Part shown: positions 35,998 through 50,400 of the stretch, piece after piece
Position numbering within the stretch: position 1 is the first letter of the stretch
Layout: each line of letters starts with the position of its first letter
From: Lingula anatina
Lineage: Eukaryota; Animalia; Brachiopoda
Reading direction: 5' to 3'
DNA: 64,000 nt
Assembly: GCA_051362555.1 (NCBI GenBank)
Contig: CM120641.1
Span: 39,562,401 to 39,626,400, forward strand
Notes under the pieces: model-generated
Databases searched by the model: none
Told to the model about the DNA's origin: nothing
Seen by the model: the letters and a program-made list of their open reading frames with translations, nothing else
Position numbers and translations under genes: made by a program

Positions 35998-38900
35998 TTT
36001 CCGGGAGTTTCTTTCAGCTTGTTTTCAAGATGAAATGACTCTTTCTTGCTGATATAAGGTGTAAAAGAAAATATATACATGTAATTGAACCATCTTTGCA
36101 TAACATGTTTTTCTTGTCCATGCCTGTGAAAATGTTTAATGCATTTTTTTTCTTTTGTTGAATATTTTCAGATCTGGGCTGTATTGGTGAAATTCCATTT
36201 ACAGCAGAACAGAGGCCCATATAAAACATTCAGTTTGCAGAATGTGCTGCCCAGGTTACCAGTGCCCAGCTTGGAGCAGACCTGTCACAAGTAAGATAAG
36301 CTGCATGGTAACTTAATCTGAAGGCCCATTTATCGTTAAGTCCAGATTTTACTGTTCTCAAGGATCATGTTAGTACATGTACATCATAGTGCAGAATAGT
36401 TTTACTGTATTTTTACCGTTACCATAGTTTGAACAGAAAACAAAAGGCAGCGCTGTGCTCTGTTGTTTGTTTAGTCATGACACATGAATTCAGACATGCA
36501 TGAAATAAAGCACAGCTCAGCTTATTGATTTCTGCATGAACATAGATTAAATCAGGTAAAGTCACTCAGTCTAGTCACATAGTTTTACACAAAAAACTGG
36601 TAGAGGAGATAATTGTCTTGACTTTGACTTGCCAATTATCTCTCTCCTCTATTTTCTGTTAATCTATGTGACTTGTACTATATCTATTGCAAAGGTTAAA
36701 CCAGGTGTGCTGACCTGAGGACTGGTGAATTCCTTAACCTTTGATATCAGATAATGGCGCTTGGATATTGATCATTGATTGCCAAATATAATTGCAGTAT
36801 ATACCCAAGCTTCACCTTGACAACTAGTGATTATTCATATAAGATACAATAAAGTGTGCAAAACTGTAGGTAAAATACACACAGTTTATACAGAACTTGA
36901 TGTTGTATTTCCTTTATACCACAGATATACAAACAGTAGCATGTACTGTAGTTGGGAAGGGGAGGGATACTAGAGCATGACGTGCCTGTTAGCTATAATT
37001 TCAGTAAATTTTAGCCTCCAGTTCCAACCTTGGTATAATAATAATAAGTCAAGACTAGGGCAGATGTATTTAGAAAATCAATATGTTAGCACTGCAGATA
37101 CATGTATAACATGTATGTGTCGCATTTTCATATCAATAATTGCTGCCTTGATATTTTAGTTATATGACATATTGAAAGTGGATAAATTCTTAGTGTCTTT
37201 TGATTGAAAATATGCTTGTATGCAAGATATCATTTTGTAACCAAATAGCTGTAAAGACTTATGGATAATTTTGTAGTGAACTATGAAAATCCCTGTATGC
37301 TTATAAAAAAGCAACAAAGAGTGATAAATGTATGGATAATTTTGTAGTGCACTATGAAAAACCCTGTATGCTTATAAAAAAGCAACAAAGAGTGATAAAT
37401 GTGAAAGATTATCCAGGGAAATTTGTTAGGAACTTTGTGAATTCATGTACTATTGTGAATAAAAATGAATGTAAGATAACTATGGCACTGATATAAAATA
37501 ATACTCTGAATCTATCAGTTTATTGTGAGTTTTATTTTTCTATTTTATAAGAAAACTTTCTTTGATTATCCATGAAAAATTATTTACCTTTCTTTTTTTT
37601 TTCAGATATTTGTTATCTGTAAAGCCTCTGCTCACTGAGGCAGAGTATGCACAGACAAAACAGGTTGTGGAGCAGTTTAAACAGAATGAGGGGCCAAAAC
37701 TTCAGGGTTATTTAAAACTCAGGTAAATCCTTTCTAAATGATGAACATTTTACAAATTTATTCATGTAAATATACAAAAAGATTTCCTTCATTTTGAAAT
37801 ACACCCACAATTACATTAATTGAGGACAAGTCCTATATATGATAAAAATATAAATGGAATATATTGCATTTTATTTTTTTTAATATTTCCTTTATTCTTT
37901 ATTTTTAAAAGGGCTTGGAATAAAGTGAACTGGTTATCTGAATGGTGGAATGACCTAGCATATTTGTATCAGAGGAGTCCTATTGCAAGTGAGTTCATTG
38001 TTTTAACAATGTTAAAACACCATTTCCTTTTACTAGTTAACTTTTTTCTTAATAAATTAATAAAGAAAATGACCCCCGGCCCCCATGTACCTATTCAGAC
38101 AGACTGTGGGGAGATGATCAAACTTTGTAAAATGTCTCCGTTTATGAATGTTTATGATCATGTCATATGAAATGTTTACTTTGCAGTATTTGTAATTTGG
38201 AAATGTGCGGTAATGCTTACTAACATTCTGTCTTCTCCGTGATCCAGATGATACCCAGGTATAGGCATCTGGATCTTCCTGTTTACTTTCCTTGTGATAT
38301 TTTGCAGAATTAATTTGCCTTATAGGACACTGGTATTTATAATTATGTAACATTGTGTAATGTTACATAAATTGTATGTAAATTGTGTAATAATGCGTTC
38401 TACATTTTCCTCCATCTTTCAGTTAACTCTAACTATTACTGCCTGGACAGCGAGGCACTGCCTACAAACAACCCTATTGCTAGGGCTGCCAATATGATTC
38501 ATTATGGTGTGCTGTAAGTTGTGGTCTATTTCATAGAATTGATGATTTTTTTAAAGAGACCATTAACATTTTGTATCATGATAAAAAATGTTATACTGAT
38601 TTTGAACCAAAAGTGAATTTTACACTGGCGTGACTAATTTACTGGTACAGTAACGGGAATATAAGTAAGTCTTTTCTTTTTAACTTGAATGCAAGTCTTG
38701 TTTACTGTAGTCTATATTTTAATATAAGCAAGATTAAAATTTTAATTTTTGCAAGAAGTAATTATACTGACAATTATCTGAAATAAAACTGCTAATATTT
38801 TGATTGCAGGTTTCATGATTTAATTCACACTGAGCGTCTGCCAGTCCTTTTGGCAAATGGATTGGTCCCAGTTTGTATGGATGGATACAGGTGAGTGAAG

Positions 38901-41900
38901 GACACTGTGTTTGCTACCAGTGCTCTTTTTATGTGGGGGAGGGGTGGGGGGTTGCAGTTTTCAAACCAGTTTGACAGGTCTTATTATGCTATTACGCTAC
39001 GTAACAGCCAGGCTGTTAAGTTTTCAATCTCTAAACTTACGCAGTACTAAAACCTGTGCTGCCTGGTATGAAAAGGGCCTAAGAGGCTGTTGGCCATTAA
39101 CTATCAACTTTTTACTGCAAATTCTGGAATCTTTTTTATTGTATTTAATATGAGCTCATAGTGTTGGACATGCAATTGCTACACTATTCATTATGCAGTT
39201 TTATTGTTTTTTTTTCAAAATTTTGTACACATGTTAATGAAACAGAGGTCAATACCCTACTTTATCTGTTCTGAATATATTTAGAACACAGCAGGCCAAG
39301 GCCATCCTTGTCATAACTCAGTCTAGGATAAAGTTGATAGGTTATCAGAAGTCATGTGAAACAGGGTGAAGTCAGGTTCCCTTAAGATAGACTACTTGAT
39401 ATCACTGTTTACTCATTGAGATAGTAAATGTGACCCTAAATAGGAATGTCAAGGAGTGATTTACTCTGTATTTCTCTACAAATAATTTTTGTGGAATTAT
39501 CCTGAACATTTTTAGTATGGACAGACAGAGTAGGGCAAATCAATAATAATAATAATAATAATAATAATGATGATGATGATGATGATGATGTGATTAATTA
39601 ATCAAAACTTTGCCCTTTTAATAATTGCTTTAGTAAAGCTCCTTTTCCTATGCTGCATGTAACAGATGTAAGTAAATCTATTTTTGGATATTTGATACAT
39701 AATCTTTGAGCACACCTTTTTTCAACTTAGTTGATTTAATTTCTTTTATCCCTCATATTTCAGATATATGTTTAATGCCTGTCGAATTCCTGGATTAGAG
39801 AAGGATACATTACACAATTTTCCAGCATCAAACTTTGTCATTGTGATTCGGTTAGTACCTCTGTGTGTTTTTGTGTCATGGGTTAATGATTATTATGTAA
39901 AGTCATATTTACATGGCAAGAGTGTGATAATTTGACAATGATTTCAAAATGAGAAAAAAAAATATTCAGTGCTTTAGATATTCTCAATTTCAGTACAGAA
40001 GAGTGAAGTTCATTTTACACAGAATTGTTCCTACTTTGAAAATTTGTAGTGCATTGTCTCTACGTTCTCTGTAAAACAAGGATTGGGCTTATTTTCAGCA
40101 AAGGAATGTTTTTTAAACTGGATGTGTATGCTGAGAACAAGAAGGGCGTACTCACCCCCCTGACGCCTTGGGAATTACAGTGTCAGCTGGAGAAGATATA
40201 TGAGATGAGTGAAGGTCAGTTGATAAAAGTGTTAGCTTAACTGATTCACCTCTTAGTGTATTTTTCAGTCTTTGTAGAAATAAAACAATACTTTGATAAT
40301 TTACCTTAATATTTTGATTACTTTTATGTGAACTGTATCAGAGCAAGATGGTGGCTGTGGTGTGGCGGCTTTTACTGCAATAAACAGAACTCAGTGGGCC
40401 AAGGTAAAGCACATACACAGTATTTTAACCTACTAGTATTTCATGGGAGGTAGATAAACATGTAAATTTTAAAAAGAGAGAGACTGGTTTTTGAGACGTA
40501 ATGAAATTTCAATTTGAAATAAATTTACTAATGGTCATATGAAGTAATGTGCTTTTAATATACCAGTATGCTTGCAAGGAAAATGATTTATAATGGAAGG
40601 ATATTTCCAGCATCGCCAAGCTTTGATACAAGCCAGTCCTGTAAACAAGGCAACTCTACATGAGGTGGAGAGAGCACTCTGGCATATATCTCTTGATTGT
40701 GGGGTTCCTAAGGTAGGCTGTAGCACTGAACATAATATTGCCATAGTAAATGGACCAATTAGGAATTTGATTTTGATTTTTTGGGGGGTTTGTGCCCTAT
40801 GCTGTTTTTATTTTTGATATGTTACATAAAATAATAAAACAAGATTTTTCTATTTTGTGAATGAAATACCTTCTTTTATACAAATTTATTTTTCAGGACA
40901 TATCTGATCAGGCAAAAATGTTGCTATGTGGAGATGGAGTTAATAGGTAATGGAAAAATAGTGCTCTGTTTGAATTTGTTTGAATTTGGTGAATTTCTCA
41001 GCACACACTTAATTGGTTGATTGTGAAAAATGCATTTTGATTTACAGAAACTTTGTTTTCTTACATTTTATGCACTTTATTCTGCTGTGGTATAAATGGG
41101 TATGGTGATATAAAGACAGTGAATTTTTGCATTTGTGATATGATATAAATTATGCAACATGCCACAGAGCTGGTGCCTGCATAGAATTTTTTATATTGAC
41201 AAATGCAGTGTCTTTGATTATATAAAAAAGAAGAAACAGTGGCATACCGGCGTTGACCTAACTATACATTTTACTGTACATACAAAATAAAAGATGTCTT
41301 ATTTTTCTAAGAGACATTTTTTTTTTCAAATTTTAACATTTAACTCTGCATTTACTGGTACTCAGTAAAAGAAGCCCATAATTGGTAAGCTAGAGGTGGA
41401 TATGATATCAGACAAAATCTTATGCCATTGTTTCTTGGTTCAATTGATTTGGGCATGAATGAAACTTGATGTGTGACCTCCGTCCTCCCAAAGGTGGTTT
41501 GACATATGTTTGTCAACAATCGTGTTTGCCAATGGACGTGCTGGAGGGTTTGCAGAACATGGTGCGGCTGATGCCACTGTAAGTACAAGTGAACTCGCTA
41601 AACTGCAAGACCACTGTAACCAGGAATACAGTCATATCATATACTTAGCCTAAAAACGGACATTTACACTAAATGAAGTGAAATAGCTAGGCTAGAGAAG
41701 GGAGGTGAGAATCAAATTCAAGTTGCCTGTGGTCTTGAGGTGAGGTGTTCAGAAAGTTCACAATGTGTTTGTATTGTGGTGAGCTGTTGGTGTGCATGTA
41801 AACCTCTGTGTGATTGGCCTTATCCTCACATATGTTTAGTCTTTTATAGAACTTTATCTATTCTTGGTAAGCACTGTGTACAATGCTGGGTTTCTTTGTT

Positions 41901-44900
41901 GGCTATGATATTTAAAATGTCAATACATATTTTGAAATAATTGAAATGCATATTTGCTTTTATGCCATTAGAAGGGCGTATTGGTTATAGAAAATTTACC
42001 AAAGTTCAATTTTCTGTGTATGTGGCATAGCCAATGACTTAAGAGTCTCAGTATTGTGTCTTTTATCTTCTGTAAAAAGCCTTTTAATTTTCCTACTGCA
42101 CTTTCTTAAAGAGCATTGCATAGTGAAAGGTGTTTAAAGATTAATTTGCAAAGACTACTGACAACTATTGACCTGTTGTGATATTTAAACTTTCATTTGG
42201 AGAAAAAAAAGTCACATGCATTGCTTTTAACAAGGCACTAGTGTTACAGTGAAAAATTTCACTATGCTGCAATACTGGAGCAACTTGCTTATCTTGCTGT
42301 CGCCTCTGCATTCGCTTAAGTTGAGTTCAGATCCCATTTTGCAGAAGGCCATATTGCTCCATGGTCCAGTGTACCTTCAAGTTGTACCTGGTTGTTTTCA
42401 GGTGGTTTGACAAATCTCTAGTAATGTTTGCGTTTGCTGATGGGCGTTCTGGTGCCTTAGCTGAACATGCCACTGCTGATGCCACGGTAAATTGGAGGGT
42501 CTGCTTTGTCTTGTTTAGAATTGTTAGATTCCGGAGAAGACAGAACTGACGCGTACAATATTATACAATTATATACTTTGGCACAGGTCAACATGTTTTT
42601 TGCAGACCTAAAAATAAAATTGGTGCTGCAAAACAACATATTGATGAAAAAACAAAGATGTATAATTGTTTAATTATATAATTATTACCGAAATGGCAAT
42701 GTCTTCCAAGATGACATTAAGAGTTGCAACTTTGATGTTACACGAAATTGCCGTCATCTGATTGATAAAATGTTTCCAATCTGATTGGTTAAAAAAAATG
42801 TCTATGATGCTTTATTATTTTCAATCATTGTTTGGTGATGATGTCATTGGTAATTGCCATGTTTTATCCACCCTCAAATTCATGGATAAAAGACAATAAT
42901 CTATGCTTCTTATAAAATAACATTATTTTTGAAAGCTGTGCATTTGCATTGTGGGTTGCTATTTATAGTAATTGGACAATTGGTGTTTTTTTTTGTAGGG
43001 TGGGTTGGGGGGGGGGGTAAGATGATGTTGTACCTTTAATTTAGTTTGTCATTGTAATCTCATTTTTGTCTTCTTTCATTGTTGTTGGAGAAATTTCATC
43101 TGGCCTTATGCAGTTCTTTAGTTCGTTTGCATGTAGTTACCCTTGTCTTTTGAATTGTTTCCCCTAACTCTTAATGTTTCTTTTTCCTTTTATAATAGCA
43201 AACAATGTACTCTAAATTTAGTTTTTAGTTTTGTAGTCATGAAAAAATAATTTTGCATAAATTTTAAGTATCCATTGCCCATTCAGTTTTTAAACTGTAC
43301 ACATGTTTCATAAATATTTGAAGTGATTTTATATATAATTCTTAATAGCAAAAATTAAATCATTTCATACACCATTAAATGCACAGATCTATTCACTATA
43401 TTTCTAGACTTCAAATTATTTTCTAATTTTAGCTCTTTTCACGACTTTGGGAATATGCACAGTTCAGGGAGAGGTATACTAAAAATGGTGATGTAGAAAA
43501 GCAGGAGGGGGAAACTGTAAGATATCTTAAGCCTCCTAAAAGGTAAATGATTTTATTAATTAAAGTTCGGTGATTTCTTATTTAGGCTATGATACTTTAT
43601 TCTTTTTGCATATAGCTATGAGAACATTATATACATTTTATATTTAAATAGATTTATTGCATTATAAACAAGCTTGTTATCAGTTTATAGGTTCCAAATG
43701 TTTTAAACAAGAGCACTTCAAGATTTAAAGGATGAATTCTTAGATGACTATTTTATTTAGTTAAAAATAAAAAAAAAGTGAAATCAAGCCTCTAACTTTT
43801 TTGTCTAGGCTACAATGGGATGTAACTGGATTTGAAGATTCGATAACCAGTGCTCTTGCTGAGCACAAAGCAAATGTAAGACACTCCTACAGTCCTACTT
43901 TGATGTGATGTGTAAAATATCACAAAGACAGTTTGAATAAAATGTGCAGAAAAAATTTCTCATGTTAACATTAAGGTTATGACTATTCATTTACTTAAAT
44001 AATTGAAATTTACTAGCTAAGCAACTAAGGTTTGTGAAAATTTGTTAAATTATAGGTTGATGATTTGGACATGTTTGTTCAGCCATCAGATTATGGTAAA
44101 GGCTGGATCAAGAAGAAACATATCAGTCCAGATGGATATCTACAGGTATGAAGGCACCTCTGATACCGAGAACATGCAAGACAATGTATACCCATCTATA
44201 AGCTGTAAAACATTTATATTTGGCCTAAGGCAAATTACTTTTGAAATATTTTGCGACAATGCATTTATAGTTCTTATTTTATAACTTTTTGAAGAATGTA
44301 TTGAAAAATTTACAGACAGTAGTTTTAGGCATAATTTGCTCATGTCACTTATTCACATGAAAAAAATTATGAAATTATTATTATTGATTTCAGATGGCCA
44401 TGCAGCTTGCTTACTTCAGATTGCATGGAGATACACCAAAAACTTACGAATCTGCATCAACAAGGTAAAGTACTTCATTCAGATATTTTGTGCACAGCAG
44501 ACAACATTTTCATCTTCAATGATAAGTGCACATGTACATGTATGCACACTTTTTGCCATGCACACAATTAAACCTATTTCCCTTTCAGAATGTTTGCCCT
44601 TGGTCGCACAGAGACTATTCGCCCTATATCTGAGCACTCTGTCAGTTTTGTGAAAGCTATGGACAACCCAAGCGCAACCTCTGATACCAAGATAAATCTC
44701 CTAAAGAAGGCTGTCCATTATCAAACTCAGTACAAGATTGATGCTACCAATGGAGAGGGCTGTGATCGTCACTTGTTGGGACTTTACTGTGTTTCCAAAG
44801 AGCTAGGAATGCCTGTGCCTTCACTGTATATGGATAAGGTACATTGTACATGTTGCCATTTTGGATATTCATCTTAGTGCGCTGTAATTGTAATTCTAAA

Positions 44901-45796
44901 GTTGTTGTTCAAAAGAATTGTCGTGTTTAATTACTTTGAATAATAATGTGCACAGTCTGTATATACTGAACAGATAAACTCAAATTTATAACAGCTGAGA
45001 CTTAAACAGTTTGATAAATTTTGGAGATTTATTGCAGAAAAAAATTTTTAACTCAGAGCCAGAAAGACAGGTCTTTTGAGAAATACTTTCACCAGCATTT
45101 ACAAGCAAGCATTTACATCTAAACATAGCAATTCCTTTTAAAAGGTGAAACATTTCTGTTATTGCTTGCTTATTAACATTATTCATAAATGTTGTAGGCA
45201 TGGCAGATCCCAGAGCAACTGTCCACCTCCCAGACACCCACCAAGATAACCCACCAGTGGTCTCTGGAGATCTGCTCTCGTGGTGGAGGGTTCGGACCTG
45301 TGTCTCCTGAAGGATACGGAGTGTCATACATCATTGTAGGGGAAGACTTGGGTAGGTTATCCTGGAATTCAGTGCCATTGTTTGTTAACTTTTCTGTAAA
45401 TTTATTCCAAGTTTCAACTCAAGCTCTGTTCTCTCTCCATTGTGATTCAGTGTAAGAACTGATGCAGACTGAAATATGCTTGCCACCACCCTCTGACTTC
45501 CAGTCTAGCTGTCCTTCTGTTCATATAACTGTCTTTTGAACATTGTTTTTTTAATGGTAATTGATTTCATAAAAACTAAGTTACTAAGTTTAAGGGCCAG
45601 TAAGTTAACTTTCTACATTAGTTGTATATACATATAGCCTAGTTTGATGAAAGGCAAAAGTAATTCAGCCTTCAAATTTCTGTTTTCAGTGAACTTCCAC
45701 ATCTCCAGCAGGAAGTCCTGTCGTGCCACCAGCTCTGCCAAGATGGCCAAGGCTATTGTTCAAGCAATGGCCGACATGAGAGACTTACTGGTCTAA
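34705..45796 (+). CDS. Carnitine O-palmitoyltransferase 1-like (choline/carnitine acyltransferase family), ~19 exons
   Basis: Two N-terminal hydrophobic segments, then '[13 protein letters not shown]', '[29 protein letters not shown]', '[23 protein letters not shown]', '[10 protein letters not shown]', 'NRWFDKS', catalytic 'AEHATADA', '[26 protein letters not shown]', '[19 protein letters not shown]', '[11 protein letters not shown]', 'LSTSQTP', '[16 protein letters not shown]'; stop at 45794-45796. Confidence 0.93.
37260..37402. repeat. Tandem duplication, ~72 bp x2
   Basis: tatggataattttgtagtg.actatgaaaa.ccctgtatgcttataaaaaagcaacaaagagtgataaatg occurs twice in succession. Confidence 0.9.
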
Positions 45797-47472
45797 TACT
45801 ACAAATATTCAAGCCTCTACAATGAGTAGGCTTCAGTGCAGTGATGTGTTAATTAAGACTATTTCAATCTCTACTAAGAAGGAATTGAGTCTTTCTTGAC
45901 CAGCCATATATTAACTTTTTTAATGTTGTAGTGCTAAATAATATATATTTTATTTGGGAATGAGATGCAATTTGGGAGCTAATTTTTAAGATGGAGCTTT
46001 AATCATGATGTTAATCTTAAGGATGAGAACATTCTCCAAAACAAAGTTATTTTTACATTTGCTGTACATGTTAGTGTGTTTTAATGCTGTGGACTACTTT
46101 TACCTTTGAATGAGAAATTTCTCATCATTTTTTTTGTGCTATTATATATTATTCAAGACTTAATAGTTCATGCAACTGACATTTCAGGATGTGAACTTAA
46201 ATGACATGGGATTTTAAGTCAATTACAAAATTTTATACAAGTTTTGGATAAATGCTGTTTGTTGTAGCTACCTAGTTAGAGCAATGTACTGAGTGTCATG
46301 TACAAGTTGTGACAGTTTAATGTATTGTAATTAAGAAATATTGATTCACTTTGCAAAGCATGCCTTAATTTTGGATTTTTTTCTTTGAATCTGAAAGGGA
46401 TCTTTTTTCTCTGTTGGCTAGTCAGAACACAGCTTTAAAAAAAAAGTCAGATTAATAGTGATATATTAAGTTTGGATGTTTATATTGTATGATTGTTGTA
46501 CAATAAAACAGAAGAATAATATAACAGATGACTTACATAATTGCTTCATTATTATTATTATTTATTTTTTTATCCCAAACCACTTGATGCTAAAATTTTG
46601 ATTTAATTGCCTTTGTTTTAACTTCATAGATTCAGCAGCTTTTTTGAGTATGGTTTAGAATTTTCTTTTCCTTTTTTAAATATAGATTTTCCTGTAGTTT
46701 TGCTGTTAAATCAATAAATTTGTGTGGTTAACCATTCAAGAAACACAAAGAGAGTATACACATGGTATCTTCACAATTTTTTTATTATGAATATGGTGAT
46801 TACGTCCCTTTTTGTCCCCACAGTCAAACACCCCTCCTGCACTCTTACTACCCCACACTATATCATTTCCCATTGGTATAAATGCTGTATACATAAAAAT
46901 AATTTTTAAATTCTGCCATAAGAACCGGGACAAGAAAGTGAAATTTTATTTCTCTGTTGTTTACTCACAACCCAAATATTAGTATCCCTCAAATGCACAA
47001 GTTCAAGTACTTGCTTGAATCTACCACCTTTAAAATTTATCAATACTTTACCCTGGTTTATTAAATTTTAAAACATTGAAAACTATGCTTATTTATGCGC
47101 ACTTTCTTGATTGACAAGGCCTTTTCAATATCTTGAAACCATCTATAGCATTAAATAATTTGCTCCAATTTACAAATTTTTGTGCAATTTCAATGATTTC
47201 ACCCAGTACAGGGATTCCCCCCCCCCCCCCCCTCCTCCGCTTGGTATAGCTATGGCAAGAAAAGCCTCACACAGTTATTTGAACATTGTAAAATATTATT
47301 TCAAAAGAACCATTGGTTAGGTTCACAACTAATTGTTTTGTCTTTATGTTTAATTGACATTTATCTATAATACTTTGTTCATGGCCCTCACGATATCTTA
47401 GCCTTATCTTGTACAAAAGAGACATCTAGCGTTAATGAGTAACATTACTAAAAGGTTACCAGCAGGATAAGA

Positions 47473-50400
47473 ATGGTACCTTTAAACCCATTAGATTCAA
47501 ATAGCCAGGTCACGTACGCAACGGGTGTATTTGGAAACTTACTAGAAGCGGTCTCCAACGGAACTCCTCATCTGGTGGAACTTCTAGTTAAACAAAACCC
47601 GGCAGCTGTGAATCAGAAAGGTAATTTCTGTCCCCTCCCCTTTCTGTCGCCTTTCTATATTTCCACTACTGTCGTTGTAACGTGACTGAGAGTCCCCCAT
47701 GATAGAGAGTCCGCTTCCCATTCATTTGTACATGGAAGTCTCATCCTAGATCTTGGCCAACTTACTTAGGTCAGGCTAACCCTCACCGTTATAACTAAAT
47801 AGAGTGCCGATTTTCTGTAACTTATACGGACCCTCGGTTTTGTTACATCGGTCCTCTAGTCTCTCAAGATGAATTATGGTACCACCAGCGTAGGCGCTGG
47901 CGGTACCCATGGTTTTAGTCCCGACCCGTATGTTCTGCCGGCTCCTGCGGCTCCGCCGGCTCCTGCGGCTCCGCCGCCAAGTCACCGTTACCGCTTCTCC
48001 TCCTAGACGGTAAGGGCCCCTGTACCCATCTCTTGGATTTAGGTCACCTATAATCTCAACTTGTTCCACGTAAAATTTGGGCTTTGTCGGTATTGGGGTC
48101 TAGGTGTGGCACTCATTGCAATGCACCCTTGTCTAAAAATGGCAAAATTAAATGCTAATTATCTACCCTACGGAAGGAGTTATGGGAAAAATTTCTACAG
48201 ACAGCTTTCCAAAAGTCATATGTGTAGATTTCAAATATGCCCTTGGATTTGACCTTTGACCTTTATTTCAAGGTCAAACGGGCCAAAATTTTCAAAAAAA
48301 TGAAATTTTTTACGAAAAAAATTTTTTTTGCCCTGTTATTCAGACACCACACAGACTTAACCAATAATATTATTGGAAAGTGTTACCCTTCGGGTCATCT
48401 TTCATCTCTGTGAATTTGGGGTCAATCGGTGCATTTTCACGGGAGTAGCGGCCATAAAGTACCAAAACTGAAAACTGTCTCTAATTCGGGAACCGTTAAT
48501 GCTAGAGACCCATTCTTTTTTGCATTTTGTAGAGCATGTAAAGCCCAACACTGGGGGTGGTCTCCGTTTTTTTGTATTCCATACGGTTTTCAAGTTACGC
48601 TGTATCAAAAAGTACATATTGGTGGTGAAAGCAAAATGTGCAGTACGGTAATGGATAATAAATTTTGAACTCTGGAAAAATAATACATAAGGCTTGGCAA
48701 AGCAGACAACTTGTGGTCAAAAATGACATTATTTCATCAAATTTGAACTTCTGGAACTTCAGAGCACCTCCTATTTTAAGAATTTTGACCAAAATGATGT
48801 TTTCTTTATTTTAATTAATCTTTTTTGTAGGAAATTTATGGCACATTATGGTAACTCCAAAATTATAACATTTAGTCCCTTATATCTCCAAAACTGGCAG
48901 AGATAGGTCCATAGTTACTATTGAAGTTGAATAGGAAGTCATATAGTGGCAATCTTACTGTGACCTTGAAATTGACCTTTGACCTACTTTTCACCATGAA
49001 CTGAACATTGCAAATTTTGCTTCCCTTTTATCTCCAAAACTGGCAGAGATAGGTCCATAGTTACTATTGAACTTGAATGGGAAGCCATATACTGGCAATC
49101 CAAATGTGACCTTGAAATTGACCTTTGACCTACTTTTCACCATGAACTGAACTTTGCAAATTTTGCTTCCCTTTTATCTCCAAAACTGGCAGAGATAGGT
49201 CCATGGTTACTATTGAACTTGAATGGGAAGCCATATACTGGCAATCTAAATATGACCTTAAAATTGACCTTTGACCTACTTTTCACCATGAACTGAACAT
49301 TGCAAATTTTGCTTCCCTTTTATCTCCAAAACTGGCACAGATTGGTCCATGGTTACTGTTGAACTTGAATAGGAAGTCATATACTGGCTATCCAAGTGTG
49401 ACCTTGAAATTGACCTTTGACCCACTTTCCACCATGAACTGAACTTTGCAAATTTTGCTTCCCTTTTATCTCCAAAACTGGCAGAGATAGGTCCATAGTT
49501 ACTATTGAAGTTGAATGGGAAGTCATATACTGGCAATCTAAATGTGACCTTAAAATTGACCTTTGACCTACTTTTCACTATGAACTGAACTTTGCAAATT
49601 TTGCTTCCCTTTTATCTCCAAAACTGGCAGAGATAGGTCCATAGTTTCTATTGAACTTGAATAGGAAGTCATATACTGGCAATCAAAATGTGACCTTGAA
49701 ATTTACCTTTGACCTACTTATTATCATGAACTAAACTCTGCAAATTTCTTTCTCTTTTATCTCTAAACCTGGCAGAGATAGGTCCATAGTTACTATTGAA
49801 CTTGAATAGGAAGTCATATACTGGCAATTTACTGTGACCTTGAAAATGACCTTTCACCTACCTTACGATGAACTTAAATTTGATTGTACCATTTTTAGTT
49901 TCATATATTTTTTGCATATATTGAAAATTCTTGTTGATTGCATGTTTACAGCTTGTCAAGCACAAGACTGGTGGCTGTGTCCCTTATTTTGTGTATGTGG
50001 GGGTCTATACGTATGCGCTTGCTCCAGCTGGTGGTACAATATTCGGAGGCGGTATCGCCTCTCTGATCCTCTAGTTTTCATGTATTTCCATTTGCATAAC
50101 ATGATGGTATATTTTTGCAACTTACATTAATTTTTTTAGGTTGGCATGGTCTCACTCCACTCCATAAAGCATGCCTGAGAACAGAGCCATACATGATCAG
50201 TCTCTTGCTACAGACTGGAGCAGACCCCAATGCCAAGTCAGACTTTGATGAAACTCCACTGCACTATGCTTGCAAACAGGGCATCCCCAACATTATCTAC
50301 CTATTGTTGCAGTATGGGGCAGACCTGATTGCTGTGGATAAGTTAGGCAGGGGGGCCATGCACCATGCTGCTGTCAATGGAAATGTGTAAGACACTGATT

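Noticed and set aside
47776-48069. Arg/Ser-rich protamine-like ORF (RRSRRSRRSRR)
   Set aside because: It is the translation of the 9-bp microsatellite in the HINE element.
48883-49875. CRISPR-like regularly spaced repeats (also 10978-11760)
   Set aside because: Whole units are repeated with no unique spacers, there are no cas genes, and the context is a eukaryotic intron; these are tandem arrays inside transposons.
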